Shown: positions 38,371 through 50,353, counted from the stretch's first letter. The stretch: DNA of 64,000 bases from an uncultured Collinsella sp. (GCA_900542165.1 UQMM01000002.1:8012-72011); one strand, 5' to 3'. Notes: generated from the sequence alone by a model not told the origin. Made by a program: numbers and translations.

Positions 38371-41181
38371 CTATAGCGAAACGGATCCGTTTTTCTTGAT
38401 GCGGGCGAGTATGTTTTTGAGCTTGTTAAAGTCGAGCGGTTTGGACAGATGGGCGTTCATACCGGCGTCGTGTGCCGCCTTGGCGTCCTCGGCAAAGGCA
38501 TTGGCGGTGAGCGCGATGATGGGGATATCGGCTGCATCGACCTTCTCGCTCAGACGAATCGCGCGGGTTGCCTCGTAGCCGTCCATGTCCGGCATCATAA
38601 TGTCCATCAGGATCGCATCGAAGCTGCCGGCGGGATGAGACAGGTACAGATCGACGACTTCGTTGCCGTTGACGGCGCGGGTGACCACGACGCCCTCGGA
38701 TTCTAGCAGCGTCTGGGCAATCTCGGCATTCAATTCGTTGTCTTCGGCGAGCAGCACGTTCATGTCGACGAGTGAGCAGTCGAGCGCCCTCTCGACCGTA
38801 TTCGCCCGCGCCCGGGGGTTCTTGTCGATATCGAGCGGAATTTCCACGTAGAACGTGGTGCCCACATGGAGTTCGCTGGTGACTTCGATGGTGCCGCCCA
38901 TCAGCTCAATAAGCGACTTGACGATTGGCATGCCCATGCCGGTTCCTTGGAACTTGCTGCGCGCATCGTCACCTTCTTGGGCAAACGGCTCATAGATATG
39001 CTTTAAAAACTCGGGAGCTATGCCAATGCCGGTATCCGAAACGCTAAAGCAAAAGAGCGCGCGCCCGTTATCGAGTGGCTTGGTCTTTGAACTAAAGGTG
39101 ACGGAGCCGCCGTGCTTGTTGTACTTAATGCTGTTGTCTAACAGGTTGATCATGATCTGTCGGATATGGGTGGGACTGCCGATCATGTATGGCCCCGTGG
39201 CGTACGGCAGACTATTGTCCTGCATTGTGATGCCGTTACTGGACGCGCGGAGCTTGCACAGCACTAGCGTATCGTCACAGAGCTCTTTGAGGTTAAAAGG
39301 CGCATGCTCCAGTGTTAGCTTGCGGTCTTCGATTTTGCCCATCTCGAGGATGTCGTTGATCAGCGAGAGCAGGTGATTGGCGGCAACGCGCGCCTTGGCA
39401 CGGCTCTCGCGGGCGACTTGCATATCGCCTTCCTTCAATTCCTCGATCTCGATAAGGCCCAGGATACCGTTGAGCGGCGTACGGATGTCGTGGCTCATGC
39501 GCGTGAGGAATGCCGTCTTAGCGGCGTTGGCAGCATCGGCTTTTTTGCGCTCGGTTCGAGCGCGCACGAGCGCCCAGATGAGCAGGACGATGCCGACCGA
39601 CAACATACCGATGAGGGTAGCTGCAATGGCGGTGCGGTTGCGATAAAGGAATTGAAGCGTGTTGGATTCCTGGGCCGTGTACGACGTGGAGGAGAAATTG
39701 CTTGCGGAGAGCGATTCTCCGGCATTGATGATGCCCTTGTTGATGATTCCCAACAGCTCGGGTTTTCCGCGCGAAATCCAGCACGAGAGCTCACAGGTGT
39801 CAGGGAGCTCGGTCGTCTCGCAGTCCTCGAGATCGTAACGGTCACCGATGGTTTTTACGCGTGAACTGGGAGCGACGATGCAGTGCGCCGTTCCCTTCCT
39901 GAGGGCGTCGAACGCTTCATCGTCGGATTGGTATTCGGTTACGGTCGCTGTGGGGAACAGACTTTCAAGTGCATTTTTGTTGACAAACGATGATTTGGTA
40001 CAGGCGATGTTCTGAAGGTTTTTGTTCAGGTTGCTGCCGGTGTGGATAGCGGTGAGGGATATGGTTCCCAACGATACCGACTGCACAACGCCTGTTTGCT
40101 CGGCAAACCAGTAATCTCGGTATACCGGCAGCGCAACGTCTATGCTTTCCTTTGACAGGGCCTTTGACATCATCTTGTAGCTATCAAAGGCGACGGTTTT
40201 GACCGTAATGCCAAATTTATCGTGTAGCGTCGTCGCAAGCGATGCGAGCGAGCCTTCCATTTCGCCGTCTTCGTTCTCGTTGCAGTAGGGGAGTTTGCCC
40301 GTAATGTAGCCGAGCGTGATGGTGTTGTCATTTGCTTTGAGCCAGGAACGTTCGGGTCCGTTGAGCGATGATGAGCCGCTGTTTTGGGTCGAGTAGTGAG
40401 ATTTTACTTCGTCGTTATAGCGTGGGTTGACGCGGGCGATTGCCGTCATGGCAGCATTGATGTCGTCCATCAGGTCGGGACGGCTTTTGGGAACGGCAAA
40501 GTAGTAGTCGTTCGAACCAATGTAGAACATGGGGGAGGCATTGGGCGACGAGATTGTGTCGTTCATGATGACGGCATCGACTTCGTCGTTTGCGAGCGCG
40601 TCAAAGAGATCGGATCCTCCGTCATACTCCTTGTATGTGCAGGCGATTCCTTCGCTGGCGAGCCATTGCTGGCCAACGAAGGTTTGCATGACGTCGGGGT
40701 TGCAACCGATAGTGAGACCCTGGAGTGCTTGAGGGTCACCCTTTGCAAGGTCGTCACGGTCGGGCCTGGCGTAGATGTAGTAGCGCTCGGTGCCCTCGGG
40801 GTTCGAGGAAAAGAGCAGCTTTTGGGCACGTTCCTCGGAGTAGGAGATGTTGGGCATGAGGTCGATCTCGCCTGCCTCGAGCATGTCCATAAGCTCGGTG
40901 AAGGTGCCGGAGACGTATTCGTACCGCCAGCCGGACGTGTAGTACGACAGGGTCTGGAGGTACTCGTAACCCCATCCCGAGAGACGCTCGCCGGGGGTGC
41001 CGTCCTGGAAGCCTTCGTTGTTGACGAGCCAACCAACGCGGACCGTCTTGACTGGCTGACTAGAGTCAGCGGCAAAAGCTTGGACAGGCGCGACGGTGCT
41101 CAGTACGGCGAGCGCGGTAAGCGCGACGGCCAGGGTGCGATATATAACTGAACGAAGGACAGTGGCAGCTCTCACATGCAA
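38371..41181 (-). CDS. Hybrid histidine kinase with tandem extracellular solute-binding domains
   Basis: Signal-like N-terminus, PBP-like domains, MSHDIRTPLNG, GTGMG, ILMDIMMP; start codon uncertain. Confidence 0.92.
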   Translation of the reverse strand: MHVRAATVLRSVIYRTLAVALTALAVLSTVAPVQAFAADSSQPVKTVRVGWLVNNEGFQDGTPGERLSGWGYEYLQTLSYYTSGWRYEYVSGTFTELMDMLEAGEIDLMPNISYSEERAQKLLFSSNPEGTERYYIYARPDRDDLAKGDPQALQGLTIGCNPDVMQTFVGQQWLASEGIACTYKEYDGGSDLFDALANDEVDAVIMNDTISSPNASPMFYIGSNDYYFAVPKSRPDLMDDINAAMTAIARVNPRYNDEVKSHYSTQNSGSSSLNGPERSWLKANDNTITLGYITGKLPYCNENEDGEMEGSLASLATTLHDKFGITVKTVAFDSYKMMSKALSKESIDVALPVYRDYWFAEQTGVVQSVSLGTISLTAIHTGSNLNKNLQNIACTKSSFVNKNALESLFPTATVTEYQSDDEAFDALRKGTAHCIVAPSSRVKTIGDRYDLEDCETTELPDTCELSCWISRGKPELLGIINKGIINAGESLSASNFSSTSYTAQESNTLQFLYRNRTAIAATLIGMLSVGIVLLIWALVRARTERKKADAANAAKTAFLTRMSHDIRTPLNGILGLIEIEELKEGDMQVARESRAKARVAANHLLSLINDILEMGKIEDRKLTLEHAPFNLKELCDDTLVLCKLRASSNGITMQDNSLPYATGPYMIGSPTHIRQIMINLLDNSIKYNKHGGSVTFSSKTKPLDNGRALFCFSVSDTGIGIAPEFLKHIYEPFAQEGDDARSKFQGTGMGMPIVKSLIELMGGTIEVTSELHVGTTFYVEIPLDIDKNPRARANTVERALDCSLVDMNVLLAEDNELNAEIAQTLLESEGVVVTRAVNGNEVVDLYLSHPAGSFDAILMDIMMPDMDGYEATRAIRLSEKVDAADIPIIALTANAFAEDAKAAHDAGMNAHLSKPLDFNKLKNILARIKKNGSVSL

Positions 41182-41267
41182 TCCTAACGAATCGAGACAT
41201 TACCGCATAAGGATACCAGCTCAGCCTGCCCAGTCGGCAGCTGTACCGCTAAACGCTCCCGCCCGGC

Positions 41268-41366
41268 AGTCATCAGGGACGTTCTTAAACGACTAGTCAT
41301 TGGGGACGTTCTTGTTTGACTAGTCATTTAAGAACGTCCCCAATGACTAGTTCCCAATGACTAGTT
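41268..41366. repeat. REP-like family 1, expanded copy with four GACTAGT cores
   Basis: GGGACGTTCTTAAAC-GACTAGTC-ATTGGGGACGTTCTTGTTT-GACTAGTC-ATTTAAGAACGTCCCCAAT-GACTAGTT-CCCAAT-GACTAGTT. Confidence 0.9.
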
Positions 41367-41434
41367 TCGTTTGCGGGGGAGGCGTGGGACAATACCGAGC
41401 GAACGTGATTGGGCGTCTGGGAAAAGGGGTCGCG

Positions 41435-41860
41435 ATGAACAAGTTGAGGACGCTTGCCGACGTGTTGCGCCAGGCTGGCTTTGCGTGCATCACGGGCCTG
41501 TTTCTTATCTTCTATCTGCTGTGCTCGACGGCCGTTTGGCTGTCCGAGCCCACGACCCTCACGTTTGGCGATGGCCTGTGGTTTAGCTTTGAGACGGTCT
41601 CGACGATCGGCTTTGGCGACATTCCGGCCGAGACACCGGTTGCCCGCGCCATTACCGTCATTCTGAGCGTCATCAGCATCTTCTACATCGCCATGCTCAC
41701 GGGCGTGGCGGTGAACTACTGCAATACGCTTATCAAGATGCGTCAAAAGGACACCATGGCGCGCTTTATGGATGATCTGGAGCATTTGGAAGAGCTCGAT
41801 CGCGACGAACTTGCCGACCTTTCGCGTCGCGTGCGCGAGTATCGTCGACGCCAGCGCTAA
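41435..41860 (+). CDS. Two-TM potassium channel family protein
   Basis: Pore signature TVSTIGFGD between two hydrophobic helices. Confidence 0.88.
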   Translation: MNKLRTLADVLRQAGFACITGLFLIFYLLCSTAVWLSEPTTLTFGDGLWFSFETVSTIGFGDIPAETPVARAITVILSVISIFYIAMLTGVAVNYCNTLIKMRQKDTMARFMDDLEHLEELDRDELADLSRRVREYRRRQR

Positions 41861-41896
41861 GACGAACGTCGTGCGCCACAACAAGGGGGGCCAAAT

Positions 41897-42430
41897 ATGA
41901 ATATCACCGTGTATCTGGGTGCCAGTGCCGGCAATGACCCGGCGTTTCTGCCCGCGGTGCAGGAGCTGGGCAACTGGATTGGCGCCAACGGGCACGCGCT
42001 GGTATACGGCGGGTCCAAATCGGGCCTGATGGGCGCGCTCGCCGATAGCGTGCTCGAGGCAGGCGGACACGTGACGGGTGTTGAGCCGAGCTTTTTTATC
42101 GAGGCCGAGTTTCAACATGACGGTATCGACGACCTTATCGTGACGAGCGATATGGCGGAGCGCAAGGCCAAGATGATTGAGCTCGGTGATGCGTTCATTG
42201 CCTTTCCGGGCGGCACGGGCACGCTCGAGGAGATTGCCGAGGTCATGTCCGCGGTATCGTTGGGGCACCTGAGTGCTCCGTGCATTCTGTATAACCTGGA
42301 CGGTTACTACAACGACCTCAAGGCGCTGCTCGGGCACATGATTGATAAAGGGCTTTCGAGCCCAAGGCGCCAGCACGGCATCTACTTTGCCGACGATTTG
42401 CCCGAGATTGCCTCGATTATCAACGGATAA
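41897..42430 (+). CDS. LOG family protein (TIGR00730-like)
   Basis: LVYGG..GLMG, MAERK, PGGTGTLEE. Confidence 0.92.
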   Translation: MNITVYLGASAGNDPAFLPAVQELGNWIGANGHALVYGGSKSGLMGALADSVLEAGGHVTGVEPSFFIEAEFQHDGIDDLIVTSDMAERKAKMIELGDAFIAFPGGTGTLEEIAEVMSAVSLGHLSAPCILYNLDGYYNDLKALLGHMIDKGLSSPRRQHGIYFADDLPEIASIING

Positions 42431-42555
42431 GTCTTGAGCCTGCCCCACTATGGCTCCCAATGGTGCCGTTTGCAGCGCGGATGGTTGCCTCGTTCGGGCA
42501 ACGCTCGCTCTACAATAAAACGTATCTATGTCGACTTTGACCGCGGGAGGACCCG

Positions 42556-43860
42556 ATGGATAACCTTGCCAAACCCACGAACCGAGCGCTGTTTTTGGTC
42601 AGCGTTGCCGTGACCGGTGCACTCGCGGGTGCTGCAGTCTGGCTGTTCTTTTTTGCGATGGAGCACGGTATCGACTATCTGTGGACCGAGATTCCGCACG
42701 CGCTGGGCGTCTCTTCGCCCGAGCTTGCCAGCGGCCCGTTTGGCTTTTTGCCGTACCCGTTTTTTGTCTGCCTGCTGGGCGGCCTGTTAATCGGTCTGTA
42801 CGAAAAGATGACAGGCACCAAGACCGATGACCTCAACCAGGTGATGGCTAAGGTTAAGCAAGACGGGCGCTACCCGTACGACAACCTGGGCAAGCTTTCG
42901 CTCGCGGCATTGCTGCCGCTGCTGTTTGGCGGAAGCATTGGACCGGAGGCCGGCCTGACCGGCGTTATCGCTGGTCTGTGCAGCTGGGTCGGCGACCGCA
43001 TGCGTCGCTTTGGCGCCGAGTTTAGGGAGCTCACGTTGCTGGGCACCCAGGCTGCCCTGACGGCGCTCTTTACCGCGCCCGTCTTTGGCTTTGTGGCGCC
43101 GCTTGCCGGTAGCACCGACGGCCAGGGTGAAGACGCCGACGATGAGTCCGCGTCCGGCGAGATCACCATCAAGCTGCCCAAGACGCAAAAGACGGTGGTC
43201 TACGGTATTGCGATTGCCGGCGGTCTGGGCACCTACCTGCTGCTTGGACAGCTTGTGGGCGGCGGCATGGGCATGCCCAGGTTCGAGTCCGCCGAGGTGG
43301 GCAACCTAGAGCTTACCTGGCTCGTCCCTCTGTCGTTGATCGGCACCGTCTGCGGCTGGCTGTACTTTGTCTCTGAGCATGCAAGCGAGGCACTGTCCCA
43401 TGCAATAGGGGAGCGTCCTGTCGTCAAGGCCATGCTGGCCGGTCTGGCACTCGCCATCTGTGGCACGGTCCTGCCCTATACCATGTTTGCCGGCGAGACC
43501 CAGGCCGACGTGCTCATGGAAACCTATCTGACCATCCCCGCCGGCGTGCTTATTTTGACCGGTCTGGTCAAGGCCATGCTGACGCCCGCCCTCATCAACC
43601 TTGGTTGGCGCGGCGGTCACTTCTTCCCGGTTATCTTCTCGGGCGTAAGCCTGGGCTATGGCCTTGCCATCCTCACCGGCGCAGATCCGGTCTTTTGCGT
43701 CGCCGTCTGCACGGCATCGACGATGGGCGCCGTCATGCGCCAGCCGGTCATGGTCGTGGGCCTGCTGCTCATGTGCTTCCCACTCAAGGGTATCGTCTGC
43801 ATGATCATCGCGGCCGTCATCGCCGCCGGCATTCCACTGCCCAAGCCGCTGCGCAAGTAG
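42556..43860 (+). CDS. Chloride channel (ClC) family protein, divergent
   Basis: Multi-TM; GGSIGPEAG and GWRGGHFFP motifs. Confidence 0.8.
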   Translation: MDNLAKPTNRALFLVSVAVTGALAGAAVWLFFFAMEHGIDYLWTEIPHALGVSSPELASGPFGFLPYPFFVCLLGGLLIGLYEKMTGTKTDDLNQVMAKVKQDGRYPYDNLGKLSLAALLPLLFGGSIGPEAGLTGVIAGLCSWVGDRMRRFGAEFRELTLLGTQAALTALFTAPVFGFVAPLAGSTDGQGEDADDESASGEITIKLPKTQKTVVYGIAIAGGLGTYLLLGQLVGGGMGMPRFESAEVGNLELTWLVPLSLIGTVCGWLYFVSEHASEALSHAIGERPVVKAMLAGLALAICGTVLPYTMFAGETQADVLMETYLTIPAGVLILTGLVKAMLTPALINLGWRGGHFFPVIFSGVSLGYGLAILTGADPVFCVAVCTASTMGAVMRQPVMVVGLLLMCFPLKGIVCMIIAAVIAAGIPLPKPLRK

Positions 43861-43895
43861 CGCGGTTTTTCACGAGTCAATTCCAGAGGTACGAG

Positions 43896-44687
43896 ATGAT
43901 CCTGTACTTTAGCGCGACAGGGAACAGCGAACATGTGGCGCGTCGCATTGCGGCGGCGACAGACGACAAGGTTGTGTCGATTGAGCGTTTTGATGCCGAA
44001 GCCCTTCGCCTTGTTGCGACGGAAGGCCCCTGCCAGCTGGGATTTGTTGCTCCGGTGTATGCCTGGGGTCTGCCGACACCGATGATCGAGTTTTTGAAGA
44101 CTGCCGACCTGTCGATTGCTGCCGGTGCAAAGGGCGGCGAGCGCCCCTATACGTTCTATGTTTCGACGTACGGTTCGACGACCGGCCAATCTGCCAAGTT
44201 TGCCCGCGACCTGCTGCACGAGCGTGGGCTCGAGTTGGATGCGGCGATGAGCGTCAAGATGCCCGATACCTGGACGCCTGTTTTCGACCTGTCTGACCCT
44301 CAAAAGGTTGAGGGTATCAATAGAGCTGCCGAGGCGCAGATTGATGCCGTGATCGAGGCGGTGCGGGCACGCCGCACGGGTAACATGATGCGCCATCGCG
44401 TGCCTCTGTTTGCATCGTGCGCGTATCACGCAATTGGGCTGCCGCGCATGCAACAGACGAGCAAGTTTGCCGTCGATGCCGATCGCTGCATCGGCTGCGG
44501 CCTGTGTGCCAAGCGCTGCCCCATGGCGGCGATTGAGATGCGCGACGGCCTTCCCGTCTGGACAAAGCCGGAGTGCGCAGCCTGCCTTCGTTGCCTGCAC
44601 CGTTGTCCCAAATTTGCCATCTCGCACGGTAAGCGCACAGCATCCCACGGTCAGTACAGGCATCCTAAGCCAGGTGTGAGGATGTAG
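43896..44687 (+). CDS. Flavodoxin-ferredoxin fusion (EFR1-like)
   Basis: MILYFSATGNS, PVYAWG, CIGCGLCAKRCP, CAACLRCLHRCP. Confidence 0.88.
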   Translation: MILYFSATGNSEHVARRIAAATDDKVVSIERFDAEALRLVATEGPCQLGFVAPVYAWGLPTPMIEFLKTADLSIAAGAKGGERPYTFYVSTYGSTTGQSAKFARDLLHERGLELDAAMSVKMPDTWTPVFDLSDPQKVEGINRAAEAQIDAVIEAVRARRTGNMMRHRVPLFASCAYHAIGLPRMQQTSKFAVDADRCIGCGLCAKRCPMAAIEMRDGLPVWTKPECAACLRCLHRCPKFAISHGKRTASHGQYRHPKPGVRM

Positions 44688-44702
44688 CGGCTGCTGGCCG
44701 CG

Positions 44703-45578
44703 CTACTTCCAAACTGCGAGCGCGGCGGTGCCCAGTACGATGAGGGCGAGACCGATGGCGCTGCGCCGTGAGAGTTTTTCGTTGAATGCCAAGCGCGCAA
44801 ATAGTACCGATACGACAATCGATAGTTTGTCGATCTGCACCACGACGCTCACCTGGCCTGCGGCGATGGCATAGTAATAGAGCAGCCACGATGCTCCGGT
44901 CGCGATGCCCGATGCCGCGAGAAATACGAGCTCGTAGCGGTCTACGTGCACGGCTTGGCCCATCTTGCCTTTAGCTGCCACGATTGCCCATGCCATAACC
45001 AGTACCACGCAGGTGCGGATTGCCGTGGCCAGGTTTGACTCGACGCCTTCGATGCCGATCTTAGCGAGGACGGAGGTGAGTGCTGCGAACATGGCGGCGC
45101 CGAGGGCGTAAGCGAGCCAGGTCCGGTCTTGCTGCTGCTCGGGCCCGGCGGATTGCTGCTTCTCGGTCATTAAAAACGTGCCGAGGGTAATGACGGCGGT
45201 TCCCACGAGCTTAACCGCAAGGTTGCTCGTCTCGCCAAAAAGCACGATGGCGATCAGCGCGGCGAGCACGGTGCTCATCTTGTCGACCGGTACGACCTTA
45301 TTGACGTCTCCGATGCTCAACGCCTTAAAGTAACAGATCCACGAAGCGCCGGTAGCGAGTCCCGAGAGGACGAGAAAGAGCCAGGATCTGGGTTCGATGC
45401 TGCCAATGGTTCCAATGGATCCAGAAATGCCCGCCATTGCCCAGGCGAAAACGAGCACCACGCAGGTGCGAATGGCCGTCGCGACATCGGAGTCGGTCTG
45501 CTTGATGCCGCATTTGGCCAAGATGGATGTGATGCCGGCAAAGAATGCTGACGCAAATGCTGCGACGACCCACGACAC
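44703..45578 (-). CDS. EamA/DMT transporter
   Basis: Two homologous halves (ATAIRTCVVL, ATGASW twice). Confidence 0.9.
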   Translation of the reverse strand: MSWVVAAFASAFFAGITSILAKCGIKQTDSDVATAIRTCVVLVFAWAMAGISGSIGTIGSIEPRSWLFLVLSGLATGASWICYFKALSIGDVNKVVPVDKMSTVLAALIAIVLFGETSNLAVKLVGTAVITLGTFLMTEKQQSAGPEQQQDRTWLAYALGAAMFAALTSVLAKIGIEGVESNLATAIRTCVVLVMAWAIVAAKGKMGQAVHVDRYELVFLAASGIATGASWLLYYYAIAAGQVSVVVQIDKLSIVVSVLFARLAFNEKLSRRSAIGLALIVLGTAALAVWK

Positions 45579-45646
45579 GGGTTGAGCGCCTCCTCAAAAA
45601 AGACCACGCCAGATCTATGGCGCATGTCCAATGATACCGCGCTTGC

Positions 45647-46354
45647 CTATAGGTTGCGTGCCCGGTAGACCTTGGTGCTGATGGCGCAGCTGACAGCGCC
45701 AAGGACGACCGTTGCCAGCGCGGCAATTCCTGCGCACAGGAAGCCAAGAACGGAAGGATCGGGATTCGCCCCGGCAATCATCGACATGAGCTGGTTGCTG
45801 ATGGGGTTGAATGAGTTTAGCGTGACCATGATAAGGCACATGTATAGGGCGTATAGACCAACGGATAGGCGTTGCGCCTTCATGTGTTCAAATCGAAAGA
45901 ACAGAGGCAGTGCCAAAAACACCGCCATGAGGGAGAAAAGCATCGATATTGCCGAGGCGATTGCGGTCTCAAAGACGGTCTCTCCCGTGGAGGGGATACC
46001 CACGCTGTTTAAGATCGGGATGGCGACGATACTCAACAGCACGGCCGCGCACGTCATGATGACCGAGAAAATAGTGATGCACAGGTAGCGTGCGCTGACG
46101 ATGTCTTTGCGTGAGATGGGCAGCGTTGCCCGATAGCGCTCCCATCCGTTTTGGTTGTCGAGCCCGGCCAGCGACGTCATGGCCATGATAGGCGACATGG
46201 CACTGATCGCGAAGGCGCCGGCGGCGCTCATATCGGAATCACCATTCGATGCCCTGACGGCGGTCAGCACGACGAAGATGAACAGGCCGACACCTGCGAT
46301 GCTCGGGACGAGCGTGCGAACGATGGCGAGCTCGGATATAAAGGCGCGTTTCAT
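45647..46354 (-). CDS. ABC-2-type permease
   Basis: About 6 TM; GWERYRATLPISRKDIVSARY. Confidence 0.85.
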   Translation of the reverse strand: MKRAFISELAIVRTLVPSIAGVGLFIFVVLTAVRASNGDSDMSAAGAFAISAMSPIMAMTSLAGLDNQNGWERYRATLPISRKDIVSARYLCITIFSVIMTCAAVLLSIVAIPILNSVGIPSTGETVFETAIASAISMLFSLMAVFLALPLFFRFEHMKAQRLSVGLYALYMCLIMVTLNSFNPISNQLMSMIAGANPDPSVLGFLCAGIAALATVVLGAVSCAISTKVYRARNL

Positions 46355-47232
46355 TTCGAAGCCCCTTTCAGCGTGAGGCGCAGATAGTCATCAATGGTTG
46401 CCCGATCGCAGGGAATCTCGGGAAAGGCCTCGAGCGTTTCGCGACGGTTGGGTACGAGGACGTCCACGCTGTAGACGTGGTGAACGGCACGGGCGCCTTC
46501 GACGCAAGCCATAAGCTCGGCAGCCTGCGCTTGGGTACAGTGGGCGATGCCGGCGCGGTCGGTAATATCCTCGCGCGGTAGGTCAAAAATAATCGAGCCG
46601 TTATCGATGCAGATGACGCGGTCGGCGGCGCGATCGAGGTCGGATGTAATGTGGCTCGAGAGCAGCACGCTGTGCTGGCCGTCGGCGACAAAGGCAAGCA
46701 GCTCATCAAGCAGTTCCTCGCGTGCCATGGGATCGAGGCCCGCGGTGGCTTCGTCCAAAACGAGCAGCTTGGCATTGTGGCTGAGTGCACAGGCAAGCTG
46801 CAGTTTCATGCCCATGCCGCGGGAGAGGTCCTTGACTTTTGTCTTGGGATCGAGGCCAAACCGGTTGATGAATCCGGCGAACGTTTCGCGGTCCCACGTG
46901 GGGTACGCCGGGCCTACGAGCGACTCGATCTGGCCCACCTTGAGCGTGGAGGGGAAGGGGCATGTGTCCAGGACAAGACCGACGCGGGAGCGCAGGCAGC
47001 GCTGTGTCTCATCGGGCGCGTCGGCGCCACAGCGCTGCCCAAACAGGCGCACCTCGCCGGCATCGAGCTTGATAAGCCCGAGCGCGGCGCGAATGGTCGT
47101 TGTCTTGCCGGCACCGTTAGCGCCCACAAAGCCAACAATCTGGCCGGGCTCCACGGCGAGCGTGACATCACGCAGCGAAAAACAGTCGCTCACGCGGCGT
47201 GAGACACCTTTGAGTTCTAGCAAGTTTTGCAT
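46351..47232 (-). CDS. ABC transporter ATP-binding protein (YtrB-like)
   Basis: GANGAGKTT, LSRGMGMK, LDEATAGLDP, SSH. Confidence 0.93.
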   Translation of the reverse strand: MQNLLELKGVSRRVSDCFSLRDVTLAVEPGQIVGFVGANGAGKTTTIRAALGLIKLDAGEVRLFGQRCGADAPDETQRCLRSRVGLVLDTCPFPSTLKVGQIESLVGPAYPTWDRETFAGFINRFGLDPKTKVKDLSRGMGMKLQLACALSHNAKLLVLDEATAGLDPMAREELLDELLAFVADGQHSVLLSSHITSDLDRAADRVICIDNGSIIFDLPREDITDRAGIAHCTQAQAAELMACVEGARAVHHVYSVDVLVPNRRETLEAFPEIPCDRATIDDYLRLTLKGASK

Positions 47233-47255
47233 GGTATAGCCTTTCTTGCAGATGG

Positions 47256-47636
47256 CTACTGCATGGTTTCGGGGGCTACCAGGTCGAGCATCTCGTGCAG
47301 TTTGTCGCGCGTGACGCCCAAGGCTTCGGCTTGGCTCGCCGCTTGCGCAAGCAGCTCTTCGATATGGCAGAGCTGGTTTTCGCGCAAGAGCTCCTGGTTG
47401 CCCTCGGCGACAAAACAGCCCTTGCCCTGCACGGTGCAGATAAACCCGAGCTGTTCCAGGTCGGCGTAGGCGCGCTTGGTGGTGATGACGCTCACGCCAA
47501 GATCGCTCGCGAGTGCACGGATGCTGGGGAGTTTGGCTCCCGCAACGAGCGTGCCCGATAAGATCTGAGCTTTGACTTGCGAGGTTATCTGCTCGTAGAT
47601 GGGCTTGTCGCTCGAATTGGATAGGATGATGTCCAC
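47256..47636 (-). CDS. GntR family regulator (YtrA subfamily)
   Basis: PIYEQI...LPSIRALA...TTKRAY...GKGCFV; short C-terminus; heads an ABC operon. Confidence 0.93.
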   Translation of the reverse strand: MDIILSNSSDKPIYEQITSQVKAQILSGTLVAGAKLPSIRALASDLGVSVITTKRAYADLEQLGFICTVQGKGCFVAEGNQELLRENQLCHIEELLAQAASQAEALGVTRDKLHEMLDLVAPETMQ

Positions 47637-47663
47637 AGCGGCTCCTTAGCTGTTGGGCTACAC

Positions 47664-47695
47664 GTGTATATAACCGGTAAGCACAGTATATACAC
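47664..47695. promoter_or_regulatory. Probable YtrA-type operator
   Basis: GTGTATATA-N14-TATATACAC inverted repeat just upstream of the GntR gene. Confidence 0.65.
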
Positions 47696-47851
47696 ACTAT
47701 GCACAGTTCTGCAAGAGGCAAATACCGATTGGCCCGGCTACCCAGGCCCCAACTGATGAATTTGTCCTGATAGGCGCCCTAGAGCGGGATTTCGCGGCTA
47801 CAATAGTGCGGTTACAACGACGTAATGCACTCAATGCAAGAAAGGATCCGC

Positions 47852-49465
<1,614 letters not shown>

Positions 49466-49507
49466 CGCATCGGCGCGGTGGCCCTGCGGGGCTGCCGCGC
49501 CGGTTGC

Positions 49508-49536
49508 TTGCCTGATGCCGTGTGAGCGGCTATCAT
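49508..49536 (+). promoter_or_regulatory. Sigma70-type promoter of the VUT-SDR operon
   Basis: TTGCCT-17 bp-TATCAT. Confidence 0.6.
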
Positions 49537-49565
49537 ACCCACCGTCGTCTTAAGACCGAGGCGTC

Positions 49566-49615
49566 CGAGCAGTTCGGGTCCGATATCCTGCTCGTTAAAC
49601 CTAAAACCAAAGGAG
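49566..49615 (+). ncRNA. Candidate preQ1-I-like riboswitch
   Basis: Stem CGAGCAG/CUGCUCG, loop UUCGGGU...C, A-rich tail UUAAACCUAAAA able to pair with loop GGGU, adjacent to the AAGGAG RBS of a VUT gene. Confidence 0.5.
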
Positions 49616-49621
49616 TACATA

Positions 49622-50344
49622 ATGATCAAGAAGGTCATGGAGGACTATAAGGTCCTGTTGCGGAGCATTCCCGCGGCAACGGTTTCGCTGTTTTTCGTGA
49701 GCGTCATCATGATGAACCTGCTGGCCAACAAAGAGCTTATCAGCCTGCCGTATCTGGCACTCGATTGCGGCTTTGTGGTGAGCTGGGTTTCGTTTTTGTG
49801 CCAGGACATGATCTGTAAGCGCTTTGGCGCCAAGGCATCCATCAAGATCTCTATCCTCGCACTGGCGGTCAACCTTGCCGTGAGCCTGTGCTTTTGGGCA
49901 TGCTCGCTCACGCCCGGCATGTGGGGCGCCTACTACGACACGGGCATGATCGAGGTCAACACCGCCCTTAACGCCACCATCGGCGGCACCTGGTACGTGG
50001 TGCTGGGCTCTTCGCTTGCCATGCTCGTCTCTGCCGTGGTTAACTCCACGCTCAACCAGTCGCTTGGCCGTATGCTCAAGAAGAATAACTTTGCGAGCTT
50101 TGCCTTCCGTTCCTATGTGTCCACGGGTGTTGGCCAGTTTATCGACAACCTGGTCTTTGCCATTGTGGTGAGCCACACGTTCTTTGGTTGGACCTGGGTG
50201 CAAGTCCTTATGTGCTCGCTGACCGGCGCTGTCGCCGAGCTGCTGTGCGAGGTCTTCCTGAGCCCCGTGGGCTACAAGGTCGTGCGCGGCTGGGAGCGTG
50301 AGAATGTGGGCTCCGAGTACCTCGAGCGCCACGCAACCGCCTAA
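49622..50344 (+). CDS. VUT/YhhQ-family (queuosine precursor-type) transporter
   Basis: MNLLANK, DMICKRFG, RSYVSTGVGQFIDNLVF motifs. Confidence 0.82.
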   Translation: MIKKVMEDYKVLLRSIPAATVSLFFVSVIMMNLLANKELISLPYLALDCGFVVSWVSFLCQDMICKRFGAKASIKISILALAVNLAVSLCFWACSLTPGMWGAYYDTGMIEVNTALNATIGGTWYVVLGSSLAMLVSAVVNSTLNQSLGRMLKKNNFASFAFRSYVSTGVGQFIDNLVFAIVVSHTFFGWTWVQVLMCSLTGAVAELLCEVFLSPVGYKVVRGWERENVGSEYLERHATA

Positions 50345-50353
50345 GGAGCAAGT

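Noticed and set aside
41268..41366. Possible mini CRISPR array
   Set aside because: The sequences between cores are themselves repeats or inverted copies rather than unique spacers, and there are no cas genes in the window.
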